From NCBI RefSeq assembly GCF_006345805.1, contig NC_042997.1:204290001-204354000 (forward strand): a stretch of 64,000 nt of DNA, read 5' to 3'. The notes under the pieces are model-generated. The model was not told the origin of the DNA, did no database searches, and saw only the letters and a list, made by a program, of their open reading frames with translations. Position numbers and translations under genes: made by a program. Below are positions 39,197 through 51,005 of the stretch, one piece after another. This stretch comes from Octopus sinensis. Lineage: Eukaryota. How positions within the stretch are numbered: position 1 is the stretch's first letter; every line of letters begins with the position of its first letter.

Positions 39197-40120
39197 TATA
39201 TAACATAGGCGCAGGAGTGGCTGTGTGGTAAGTAGCTTGCTAACCAACCACATGGTTCCGGGTTCAGTCCCACTGTATGGCATCTTGGGCAAGTGTCTTC
39301 TGCTATAGCCCCGGGCCGACCAATGCCTTGTGAGTGGATTTGGTAGACGGAAACTGAAAGAAGCCTGTCGTATATATGTATATATATAAGTGTGTGTGTA
39401 TATGTTTGTGTGTCTGTGTTTGTCCCCCTAGCATTGCTTGACAACCGATGCTGGTGTGTTTACGTCCCCGTACCACTTAGCGGTTCGGCAAAAGAGACCG
39501 ATAGAATAAGTACTGGGCTTACAAAGAATAAGTTCCGGGGTCGATTTGCTCGACTAAAGGCGGTGCTCCAGCATGGCCGCTGTCAAATGACTGAAACAAG
39601 TAAAAGAGTAAAAGAGTAAGAGTAACATCATCATCATCATCATCACCATTATTTAACATCCATGTTCTATCCTGGCATGGGTCAGATGGTTTGATAGGAT
39701 CCATGTTCTATGGGTCAGATGGTTAGACAGGATCCAAAGGCTCTGCAGACTGCATTCAGTTCCAGTGTTTGCTGGGCATGGTGTCTACATCTGGGTGCCC
39801 TTCCTAATGCCAACTACTTCAGTGTGTAGTGGGTGTTTTTTTTACATGGCACCAGCACTAGTGTGGTTGCCAAGCAGCTTGCAAGACTACAAACCCTGAG
39901 GAGAAAGCTTTACACTAACAGATGAAGGGTCACAGTACAAGAGGAGGGATCAGATTAGACTAGTTTTTTTTTTTTTGTGTTGTTGTTGTAGTAGAAGAAA
40001 CATGACTCTTCACAAAAAGAACTTTGTGAGATTGTTCATTTGTTAATTTCTTTTTACAGGCAAGAGAAAAAATTAACGAACTGTTAATTAGAAAAGTCTT
40101 CCTATTAAGAATTCGAAGAG

Positions 40121-40576
40121 ATGATAGATATGGAAGCGAAGAACAGAACAGTGAAAACTCCAGCATTTAAGGAGGATTTATTTCAAAATGAAATTAATTT
40201 ATTGGACAGTTCTGGGAAAATTCATGTCCGAAACTTACCATATTATTTTGAGACGTTTAGTCAGCAACGTCCAGTGGTTTTAAACACATCTAGTGACCAA
40301 CTAGTGTCAGGGTATCAGGATGGAACTAAACCTTCCAGATTGGCTGGTCCTTCTGGCTTACATATGAAGGCTTTGAAAGCAAAATCAGCAGGCCCAACAA
40401 GGAGGAGTGGGGAGTCATATTACAGTCAATTGGATTATTCTGGGGTTTCTGAAAGAAACAACCAGAACAAAGATACAATACCTGCCACCAGCAGAAGTGA
40501 ATGTACAGCATCAACACCACAGAAACAGTCAAGTTATGACACATTTTTAAACTATCTTGTGTGGAAAATGGGTCAT
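40121..40576 (+). CDS. Uncharacterised gene, first coding exon (exon starts at 40060 in the 5' UTR)
   Basis: tttttacag acceptor at 40057-40059, in-frame TAA at 40085 upstream of ATG 40121, 152 open non-repetitive codons (MIDMEAKNRT...FLNYLVWKMGH), CAT|gtaagt donor, phase 0. Confidence 0.75.
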
Positions 40577-40597
40577 GTAAGTATACCATCAACAACA

Positions 40598-40734
40598 GCT
40601 GTTGAATTTTGAAACATGCTAATTCTGAATATGTAAATTTTGAATATTCTAATTTTAAATAGGTAAATTTTAAATATATTGATTTTAAAAATGCTAATTT
40701 TAATTCTGCTAACTTTAAATATGCTAATTTTCCA
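40598..40734. repeat. 15-bp minisatellite, ~9 units, consensus TATGCTAATTTTAAA
   Basis: Directly visible periodicity just downstream of the 40576 donor. Confidence 0.8.
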
Positions 40735-43375
40735 CATCTATTCAAGTATTTATTGTTTATTTACTTAGTGATTCTCACACCTCTATTTCAGTAAGTACAA
40801 TAAAGTTTATGCTTCATTGAAGAAGTCTAATAAGTCTGAAATATGTCCAGGGTTGTCTCCCTTTCATATAAGACGTGATGAAATAAAACCAGTGACTGAG
40901 TTAATGTCTGTTTCTTGTGACATAATTAATTCTAATTAGAATTCTGATAATCTCCAAGCTAAGTATTCTAAAAATAATTTAGCTACAATTAACAATGCAT
41001 AATTAAAATATTTTAGATCACTTTTCCTGTAACCGAGTATTGGTAATAACTATATGTACTGATTCTTTTAGTTTTTTTCTTTAGTGACCTACAAGGTCTT
41101 CATTTACTCATGCTATTTTGTCTTCAGTAATTCCAAATTAAGTGAACAAGGAAAATCTGTTAGAAATAACAGCCAAATTTCCATGAAGTTACATCTTAGA
41201 AAGGGAAGGATCATCATCATCATCACCATCATCATCATCATTTAACGTCCGCTTTCCATGCCAGCATGGGTTGGACGATTTTGACTGAGGGCTGGCGAAC
41301 CAGATGGCTGCACCAGGCTTCAATCTTGTTCTGGTAGAGTTTCTACAGTTGGATGCCCTTCCTAATGCCAACCACTCCAAGAGTGTAGTGGGTGCTTTTT
41401 ATGTGCCACCGGCATGGGAGCCAGTCAGGCAATACTGGCAATGACCTTGCTTGAATCCTTTTACACATGCCACCGGAACAGGTGCCAGTAAGGCGACATT
41501 GGTAATGATCACGCTCGAATGGTGCCCTTCTACGTGCCACCGGCATGGAAGCTGGTTGGCTGCTCTGGCAACGATTACGCTCAGATGGTGCTCTTGACAC
41601 CCTACTAGCACGGGCACAAGTGCCAGTAAGGCGACGCTGGTAATGATCATGCTCGAATGGTGCCTTTTATGTGTCACTGGCATGGAAGCCGGTTAGCCAC
41701 TCTGTCAACGATCACACTCGTATGGTGCTCTTTGCACCCTGCTAGCATGGATGCCAGTCATCGAATTGCTTAATGTCTGTTCTCTATGCTGGCATGGGTT
41801 GGACGATTTGACCAGAGCTGGCAAATCAGAAGACTGTGCCAAGTTCTATTGTTTGTTGTGGTATGGTTTCTATGGCTGATGCCCTTTCTAATGCCAACCA
41901 CTTTACAGAATATGCTGGGTGCTTTTTTTTGTGGAACTGGTTCTAGCAGGGTCCCCAAGTAACTTAAAAGACATGACAAAGTCCTTTCAGCTGGTGCAGA
42001 GTAATATTAAGGGCGTGGCTCTGTGCCAGTTGAGAGGATAAAAGAGTAATAGGGGGAGGGAGGGGGAAGGAGGGAGGGAGAAAGAGAGAGAGAGAGAGAG
42101 AGGTGTCTTACTGTAGAACAGATACATTTTTATTCCAGTTAGAGAGGAATGGGGAAGGGGACTGAATGGGAAAAGCAGAGACAGACAGAGTGGGAGAGAT
42201 GGTGGTGGATGTGTGTCAAGAGACATACCCACAAGGCACAATGGGGTGGATATAGGTGAAGTGATTCAGGGAACTGGGCTGAGTGAATGGGCAGATGGAA
42301 GAGAGATGATTGTAGGAATTGAAGGTGAGATATATAGGAATGACCCAGGGGGAGCTGGGGCTTATGTTAGATATCTATTCCTAGATATAGAAATACATAG
42401 AATGGAAAACCAAAGTGCTGTAACTATATCCCTTTCCTCATTTTAAGATCTACATTTCAGACAGTTCATTAAGTCAGACTGTTTATTGAGGCAGATCTGC
42501 TACAGCTGGGTGCCTTTCCTGTCACCAACCCTCATCTGTTTTCCAACTAAGATAATATTTAGGGAGAGTTTACGAAAAAAAAACAAAAGACGAAGACAGG
42601 TGGTGTACAAAACAAAGATGTATTAGTATAACGCTCAGGAATAGAAAAAGTCTTTTACATTTCGAGCCTACACTCTTCTACAGAAAGGGACACAGAAAAA
42701 ACAAGGAGAGGAAAAAATGTGTGTAGTGGCTAACGATCTATCATGGCGACTGATAATATTTACTGATAATAATTACCCATGGTGAGGCATGTTTTTCATG
42801 CAAGACAGGAAATGGAGGGCTGTGCTTGCATGATAATGTTGACACTCATTTACAGCTATCAGGAGAAGCCAAGCCAAGGAGACAGTAACACACACACATT
42901 TACATACATCATCATAACCATTCAGTGTCCATTTTCCATGCTGGTATGTGTTGGACGGTTTGATAGGAGTTGGCAAATGAGAAGACTGCGACAATCTCTG
43001 TTTGCTTTGGCATAGCTTCTAAGATGGAATGCTCTTCCTAATGCCAGCCGCTTGACAGAGTGTACTGGGTACTTGCTACATGGCACTAACAGCAAGGAAC
43101 TCAGCAAGACAGAGACCTCTCAACTGAGGTAGGAATAGTTTGGAGTGTGGTGGCAGAGCACCAAGTGATGAGGAATTAGAAGAGTATTAATAGTGTCTTA
43201 CAATGAAGGAGATACACAGCTATCTTTGTTGGAGAGGGAGGGGGAAAGAGAGGGAGAGAGAGAGAGAAAGAAAGAGAGAGAGGGGGAGAGAAAGAGAAAA
43301 GATGGTGAAGCTGTAACGGGGTTGGGGGTACACTCAAGTTACAGGGAGGTGTGTGTGTGTATGTATGTATACATA

Positions 43376-43765
43376 TGTATATATAAAGCTGAAGTTGTCT
43401 GTGTATGGCTAGTTTGGTAGCCTTCAACTAACACTATCTCCTCTGAGATACTGGGGCGCAAGATGACCAAAATTGAGAGTATGATAGAAGAAGGCTTGCT
43501 CTTCCTTTTGTAGAAGAAAAACTTCAAATCGGACCATGTTAACACCAAAGATTATTTACATCAAAAGGGTGCTTTTTTTTCTATGAAAATCCCTATTTTT
43601 TAACGATTTTTTTACTGTTGTGTTGCCATTTTTCGGTGTATTTCAACCAGAAAAATGTTCACTTAAAGAGAATAACAAGCTACATAATGCAAAATTTTTA
43701 CTTTTCAAAAATTCCAATTCTAAAGGGTCAAAACAAACCCGAGAAATGCTGGGCGATACTGCTAG
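43376..43765 (+). mobile_element. Non-autonomous Helitron
   Basis: Colinear with 29733-30125 and ends gggcgatactgCTAG-t. Confidence 0.75.
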
Positions 43766-44475
43766 TATATTTATAAAAGTGAAGTGGAACCAAGAATTGG
43801 GTAGGCTGAATGGGTGGGTGGGTGGGTTTGTGAGATTGTGAAAGGAGAGTGGGAAGTGGAAGGGAGAGAATGTAGTTTTAGAAGGATATGTTGCAGGGAA
43901 AAGATTCAACAGAGATACATTGTGAGCAGGTAGGTTCACAGGGATGCAAAAGGAGAGTGGGAAATAGAAGGGAGGGAGGGGAATTTAACGAGTGGTGAAC
44001 TTGGATGAGGGTTTGGGGAAGGTGTTAGGAAGATTGGTTGTTAGGGATGTGCATGGACATGGACATATTCTTTTTACTCTTTTACATGCTTCACTCATTT
44101 GACTGTGGCCATGCTGGAGCACTGCATTTAGGCAAGCAAACGGACCCCAGGACATATTCTTTGTAAGCCTAGTACTTATTCTATCGGTCTCTTTTGCCGA
44201 ACCGCTAAGTTACAGGGATGTAAACACACCACCATCAGTTGTCAAGCTATGTTGGGGGTACAAACAGACACACACACATACGCATATATATCATCATCAT
44301 CATTGTTTAATGTCCGCTTTCCACACTAGCATGGATTGGACGATTTGACTGAGGTCTGGCAAACCAGATGGCTGCACTAAGTTCCAGTCTGATGTGGCAG
44401 AGTTTCTACAGCTGGGTGCCCTTCCTAATGCCAACCACTCTGAGAATGTAGTGTGTATATATATATATATATATA

Positions 44476-45278
44476 TCTCTATATATAAACGGCAGTTTGT
44501 CTGTCTGTGTGTTTGTGTGTCTGTCAGGTTGTACCCTCACCCTGACCACGGCTTTCAACCGATTCTGATGAAACTTGACACACACATAGCCCAATGTCAT
44601 AATTCAAAACTAACGCAGCGAAAATTTTGCAAAGTTCCCCCAGTTCTGAAAAAAATCGATAAATTCGACATGGGTCGAGAATCTAAGCCTTTTATATGCA
44701 ACACATTTTCTACAGACTATCTAGGGGACGCAACTCGACCTTTTTAACTCTCGGAACACGTGGGGTAAGTATCCCAAAATGTATAAAATGTACAAAAACG
44801 GCAAAAAAGCGGGCAGCAATGTGAGTGACAACAACGAAAAAGTCAAAAGTGACCAAACTGAACAAACGAATAAAAAATGTTTTTTGATGCACACGACAAA
44901 AGCGGTTTATAATAAACCAAGAGTTTGCAAGTAGCGTCCGAGGACCCTTAGGGTACGTCAAAAATTTAAGGTAAAACGTTTGGGGTGGTAGTTATAAAGA
45001 AAGTGTAAACAAAAAAAGTATTCGAATAACTTGCGGCTGCAGCAACTATTAGCAGAAGTGGCGGTGTTGAGGGTAAAGTCTCAAATGTAATTTCTTCCTG
45101 GTAGGAATTGGTTGGGTTGAATTATCGATAGCTGTTTGATAGTTATTTGGGAGTGAAGAGAAGACATTGCAACCTACACATGCGCCTTCGTTCCCTAGAG
45201 GGAAAGGACTAGATTGGGATTAGTCGTTGCCTATTAGGGGCTCTTACATACCCGGGCAACGCCGGGCTATGCTGCTAG
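44476..45278 (+). mobile_element. Non-autonomous Helitron (longer subfamily) in (TA)n
   Basis: 5' TCTCTATATATAAA, 5' (TCTG/TG)n tract, 3' hairpin cccgggcaacgccggg + CTAG, A|T insertion site. Confidence 0.8.
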
Positions 45279-45302
45279 TATATATATATATATATAGATA
45301 GA

Positions 45303-48300
45303 TAGATAAAGTAATTGAGGTAATCAGAGTATGTGACAGAATACTTAAGATTAGATTAGTGCTTCATCATAGTTTAGCAACCATTATATCAGCCTATGCT
45401 CCTCAGTCGGGGCTACCTGATGGACAGAAAGACCGATTCTATGACACTCTACTGCAGACTACCTCGTTGACGAACGACAGAGACCTTATCTTTGTGGCTG
45501 GTGACTTCAATGGTCACGTTGGACGACATGCTGGGGGCTTCCATGGCGTACATGGAGGCTATGGCTATGGCTCTCAAAACGAGGAGGGAACCAGGCTGCT
45601 GGAGTTCTGCGATGCAAATAATCTTATGATTTGCAACACTAACTTCAGGAAACCTACCAGCCACCTAGTCACTTACCGATCGGGCCAACATACCAGCCAA
45701 ATTGACTACATCCTTGCAAGGCAAAGGGAGAGATGGCTGCTTATAAATGCCAAAACCTTCCCAGGTGAAGAATGTACCCCACAACATAGACTGGTAGTTA
45801 GTGACTTTAGGATCAGGATAGGAGGACAACCAGAAGACGACCAATATGGAGAAGAAGGATCTGGAAGCTTAAAGATCCTGCAAATGGACAGAGATTTAGA
45901 GACATATTACTTGAAGCCTCTGACGAAGTAGAAGGGGATAGAGCATCACAGGGAGTAGAAGACAGCTGGACGTTTCTAAGGGACAACCTGCTGAGAGCCA
46001 CTGACCAGATCTGTGGCTGGTGCAAAGTCCCTCTCGACCTAGAATAACGTGGTGGTGGAACAATATTGTAGACAGGGCTATTAGAGAAAAGAGACAGGCT
46101 TGGAAGGTCTGGAAAAATGGGGTGGTAGCAGGGAATTGTATCAGACTGCAAAAGGGAAGCTAAAAGACAGGTTTATTTAGCCAGAGGGGAAGCAGATAAG
46201 AAAAAATTTGCCAATGTTCTGCGCCGTGAGGACCAAAGACTGGAGGTGTTTCGCGTTGCAAGACAGTGTGTGAGAGAGAATCGTGATGTGGTAGGAGAGA
46301 AGTGTGTTCGCATGGAAGATGGTTCACTTGCGCTAAATGAGGATGCAAAGAGAGAGGTTTGGAGATGCCACTATGAAAGTTTGCTGAATAAAGAAAATGA
46401 ATGGGATAAAGAGAGTCTGCCGAATGTTGACCCAACAGAGGGACCAGCTATCCGAGTTGATAGTTCCGTGGTAGCTAAGGCAATTAGAAGCATGAAGACA
46501 GGAAAAGCCCCAGGCCCATCAGGAATCACTGCAGAGATGCTCAAAATGTCTGGTAGTGTCGGCTATAGCCTAGTCACCCATATAGTTAATCAGGTGATAC
46601 ACAAAGGAGTCATACCCAATGACTGGTGTAGCAGCATAATAGTCAACTGCTACAAAGGTAAAGGTGACACCCTAGATACAAATAACTACAGAGGTATCAA
46701 GCTGTTGGATCAGGTGATGAAGGTTACGGAGAGGGTCATAGCCCAACTAATTAGAGAGAGAGTTAGTTTAGATGAGATGCAGTTTGGGTTTGTACCAGGG
46801 AAAAGTACTACTGATGCTATATTCCTGGTAAGGCAGCTGCAGGAGAAATACCTAGCCAAAGATAAGCCCCTGTACCTGGCTTTTCTTGACATGGAGAAAG
46901 CCTTCGACAGGGTCCCCCGATCCCTTATCTGGTGGGCAATGAGGAAACTAGGGATAGATGAATGGTTAGTGAGAGCTGTGCGGGCCATGTATAGGGATGC
47001 TGCTAGTAGGGTGAGGGTTGGAAACGAGTACAGTGAAGAATTCCGGGTAGGGGTAGGGGTCCACCAAGGCTCAGTACTCAGCCCCCTCCTATTTATCATA
47101 GTCCTCCAGGCAATAACGGAGGAATTCAAGACAGGATGCCCTTGGGAGCTCCTCTATGCTGATGACTTTGCTCTAATTGCTGAGTCGCTATCAGAACTGG
47201 AGGAGAAGTTTCAGGTGTGGAAACAAGGATTAGAATCGAAGGGCCTCAGAGTCAATCTAGCTAAAACCAAAGTCGTAATCAGTTGGAAGGTAGACAAATC
47301 ACAAACGCCTTCAGGTAGATGGCCCTGCTCGATCTGTAGAAAAGTGTAGGTAGAAACTCTATAAGATGCACCAAGTGTAAGCTATGGACACATAAGAGGT
47401 GCAGCAATGTCAAAGGAAGGCTAACTAGGAAGATGGTTTTTGTATGTGGCAGATGCTCAGGAACAATAAACACTGAAAATGCTCTGAGACCAACTTCCGT
47501 CACTTTCCAGGGAGAAAAACTAGAAGTAGTTGATAGTTTCCGTTACCTAGGTGACCAAGTCAGCAGCGGGGCGGGGGTGTGCTGAAAGTGTAACTGCTAG
47601 AGTAAGAATAGCTTGGGCAAAGTTCAGAGAGCTCTTACCTCTGCTGGTGACAAAAGGCCTCTCGCACAGAGTGAAAGGCAGACTGTATGATGCGTGTGTA
47701 CGAACAGCCATGCTACATGGCAGTGAAACATGGGCCGTGACTGCTGAGGATATGCGTAAGCTCGCAAGAAATGAAGCCAGTATGCTCCGATGGATGTGTA
47801 ATGTCAGTGTTCATAATCGACAGAGTGTAAGTACCTTGAGAGAAAAGCTGGACCTAAGAAGCATCAGTTGTGGTGTGCAAGAGAGACGATTGCGCTGGTA
47901 TGGTCATGTGGCGAGAATGGATGAAGATAGTTGTGTGAAAAAGTACCACACCCTAGCGGTTGAGGGAACCTGTGGAAGAGGCAGACCCAGGAAAACCTGG
48001 GACGAGGTGGTGAAGCACGACCTTCGAACTTTAGGTCTCACTGAGGAAATGACTAGAGACCGAGTCCTCTGGAAGTGTGCTGTACGCGAGAAGACCCGGC
48101 AGGACAAGTGAGTCCATAACCCGTGGCCTTCTACTTGGGATGGAGCCAGCCTACGTATGCATACCTTCCCTTCTTGGGACACAAAACTCTACTTGTGAAG
48201 ACGTGTGAGGCAAGTGAGGATCAGAATCGAAATCGATCAATGGAAATTGCAGATGTGTTACCAGTGCCGGTGGCATGTCGAAACTCTACTTGTGAAGACC

Positions 48301-48710
48301 CGTTGAGGCAAGTGAGGATCAGAATGGAAATCGATCAATGGAAATTGCAGATGTGTTACCAGTGCCGCTGGCATGTAAGAGAACCTTCCGTTTCGCGACC
48401 GTTGCCAGCACCGCCCCGTTTCGTGTCCGTTGCCAGCCTCGCCTGGCCCTTGTGCCGGTGGCACATAAAAAGCACCATCCATTCGTGGCCGTTTGCCAGC
48501 TCTGTCTGGCACCTGTGCGGGTGGCACGTAAAAAGCACCCACTACACTCACGGAGTGGTTGGCATTAGGAAGGGCATCCAGCCGTAGAAACACTGCCAGA
48601 TTTGACTGAGCCTGATGAAGCCTTCTGGCTTCACAGACCCCAGTAGAACCGTCCAACCCATGCTAGCATGGAAAATGGACGCTAAACGACGATGATGATG
48701 ATGATGATGA
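45303..48710 (+). mobile_element. RTE-clade LINE, 5'-truncated and frameshifted (APE endonuclease + RT + PHD finger + 3' UTR + (GAT)n tail)
   Basis: EN motifs SAYAPQ, GDFNGHVG, SQIDYIL, PQHRLVVSDF. RT motifs KAPGPSG, NYRGIKLL, QFGF, DMEKAFDRV, GVHQGSVLSPLLF, LLYADD, FRYLG. RTE-type C-terminus RRLRWYGHVARM..GRGRPRKTW. Stop at 48111 and about five small indels. Confidence 0.93.
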
Positions 48711-48939
48711 TATACACATATACATATGACGAGCTTCTTTCAGTTTCCGTCTACCAAATCCACTCACAAGGCTTTGGTCGGCCCGAGGCTATAGTAGAAG
48801 ACACTTGCCCAAGGTGCCACGTAGTGTGAATGAACCAGGAACCATGTGGTTGGTAAGCAAGCTACTTACCACACAGTCACTCCTACGCCTGCATGACCCC
48901 TATTTTACTTAGCTGGATGGGTCTTCTCAAGTATAGCAA

Positions 48940-49390
48940 ATTACCAATCATCTCAAGCCTTTATCATCTCCTTCGTGAGGTTCAACATCTGAAGATCATT
49001 TCTCACCACTGCACCCCACATCTTCCTGGTGTCTCCTCTTTCATGGGGTTCCTCCACATTTAGAGATTGGCCCTTTTTTATGCAGCTGTCATCAACCATA
49101 CACATCAAACCAGCACAGTTTTCTCTCTCTGGCACATGCCATCTGATGCCTCTTAGACCCAATTTCTCCACTTTGTTGTACATGTACAGCCAGTAGAGCA
49201 TGCTGGCTTCTTTTCTTTCAAGTCATTGCATGTCCCCTGCATTCACAGCCCATGTTTCACTTCCATGTAGCAGAGCTGTTCCTACGCAAGCAGTGTATGA
49301 TCTGCTTTTCAACAAAGAGAGGCTCTTTGCTATCAACTAAGTTTATGGCTCTCTGAACTTTGCCCAGCTGGTTCTTATTCCAGCAACAAT
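48940..49390 (-). mobile_element. Older RTE LINE ORF C-terminal fragment
   Basis: Minus-strand remnants RTSWAKFRE and EKLGLRGIR..DDSCIKK..LQMLNLTKEM. Confidence 0.8.
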
Positions 49391-50221
49391 GCTTTTACAC
49401 ACACACACACACATACACACATGCATGCACAAACACACACTGATACATACACAAACACACAGACACAGACGCACACACACACACTCACATACAGACGCAC
49501 ACAGACACAGACACACACATACATGCATGTATGCACACACCGATACATACACAAGCAAACACATACACAGACGCACACACACACACTCACGTATAGACGC
49601 ACACAGACACATACATGCATGCACACACATACACACAAGCACATATTTACACATGTATTACATGCATCATCATAATCATCATCATTCACTGCCCACTTTC
49701 CATGATGGCATGGGTCGGATGGTTTAACAGAAGCTGGCAAGTTAGAAGACTGTGTCAACCTCTGTCTGCTTTCGCATGGTTTCTCTTGGGTGGACAGAAA
49801 GTTTCCTGAAAGCCCCCTAACTCCCTGCAGTGTGGGGTCTCACTTCCTTCTGCAGTCCCAATCAGACTTCAGCCTTGCAGGCTGCATGGCAACCTCATTG
49901 CTGTTCGTACCACAGAATATGCACCCACTGTGCTCAGCAAAGTGACTGGTTAGGGGTTAGGAATGGAATTACACCAAAGAAGAGATAGACCAATTAAGCA
50001 CATGTCTGGCGGCAGGTGAATGTTAATCGTTAGCAAAGACGCAGAAGTTCGTTTTGCAACTGCGATATACAAACAGAGCCTTTAAGATGATTGGAGAGTA
50101 TATTATGGTCACAAAGAGAAATACTCTGTCCTTGCTACAAATTTATGTGTGTGTGTGTGTGTGTATGTGTGTGTGCATATATATATATATATATACATAC
50201 ACACACCCACACACACACGTG

Positions 50222-50262
<41 letters not shown>

Positions 50263-50428
50263 ATACATATATATCATGGCTGTGTTGTAAGAAACTTGCT
50301 TCCCAACCACATGGTTCTCAGTTCAGTCCTACAGCATGGCACCTTGGGCCAGTGCCTTCTACTATAGCCTCGGGCCAGCCAAAGCCTTGTGAGTGGATTT
50401 GGTAGACAGAAACTGAAAGAAGCCTGTC

Positions 50429-50506
<78 letters not shown>

Positions 50507-51005
50507 ATATAATTGTGTATGTGTGTCTAGGTTTGTCTCCCGCCATCGCTTGACAACTGATGTTGGTGTGTTTATGGCCCTCACTAAGGAAATGACAAAG
50601 GACTGGGAGATGTGGTGAATTGCTGTACTTGAGAAAAAGATGTCAAGCTAAGTCATCCATACATGTCATCTATACATACAGGCTTGTCCTTTACAGGTGC
50701 CACTTCCACATAAAATGCAACATGCACCAGTGCTGTGTAAATGCATCCATGTTGGTCGTATGTGAAAAGCATCCAGCACACCCTGTGAAACAATTGGTAT
50801 TAGGAAAGGCCCCCAACCATAGAAACCATGCCAGAACAAGTAACTGGAGTTTGAACAGCTCCCACTGGCTTGCTAGGTCCTGTCAAACCATCAAACCCAT
50901 GCCAGCATGGAAAACAGACATTAAATGATGATGAGATGATGATAATTATGATGATGATGATGCTGATGGTTATGATGCTGATGATATGTGTGTGTGTGTG
51001 TGTGG

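Noticed and set aside
41128-41195. Possible extra exon after tcttcag
   Set aside because: There is no convincing GT donor, and phase 0 begins with TAA.
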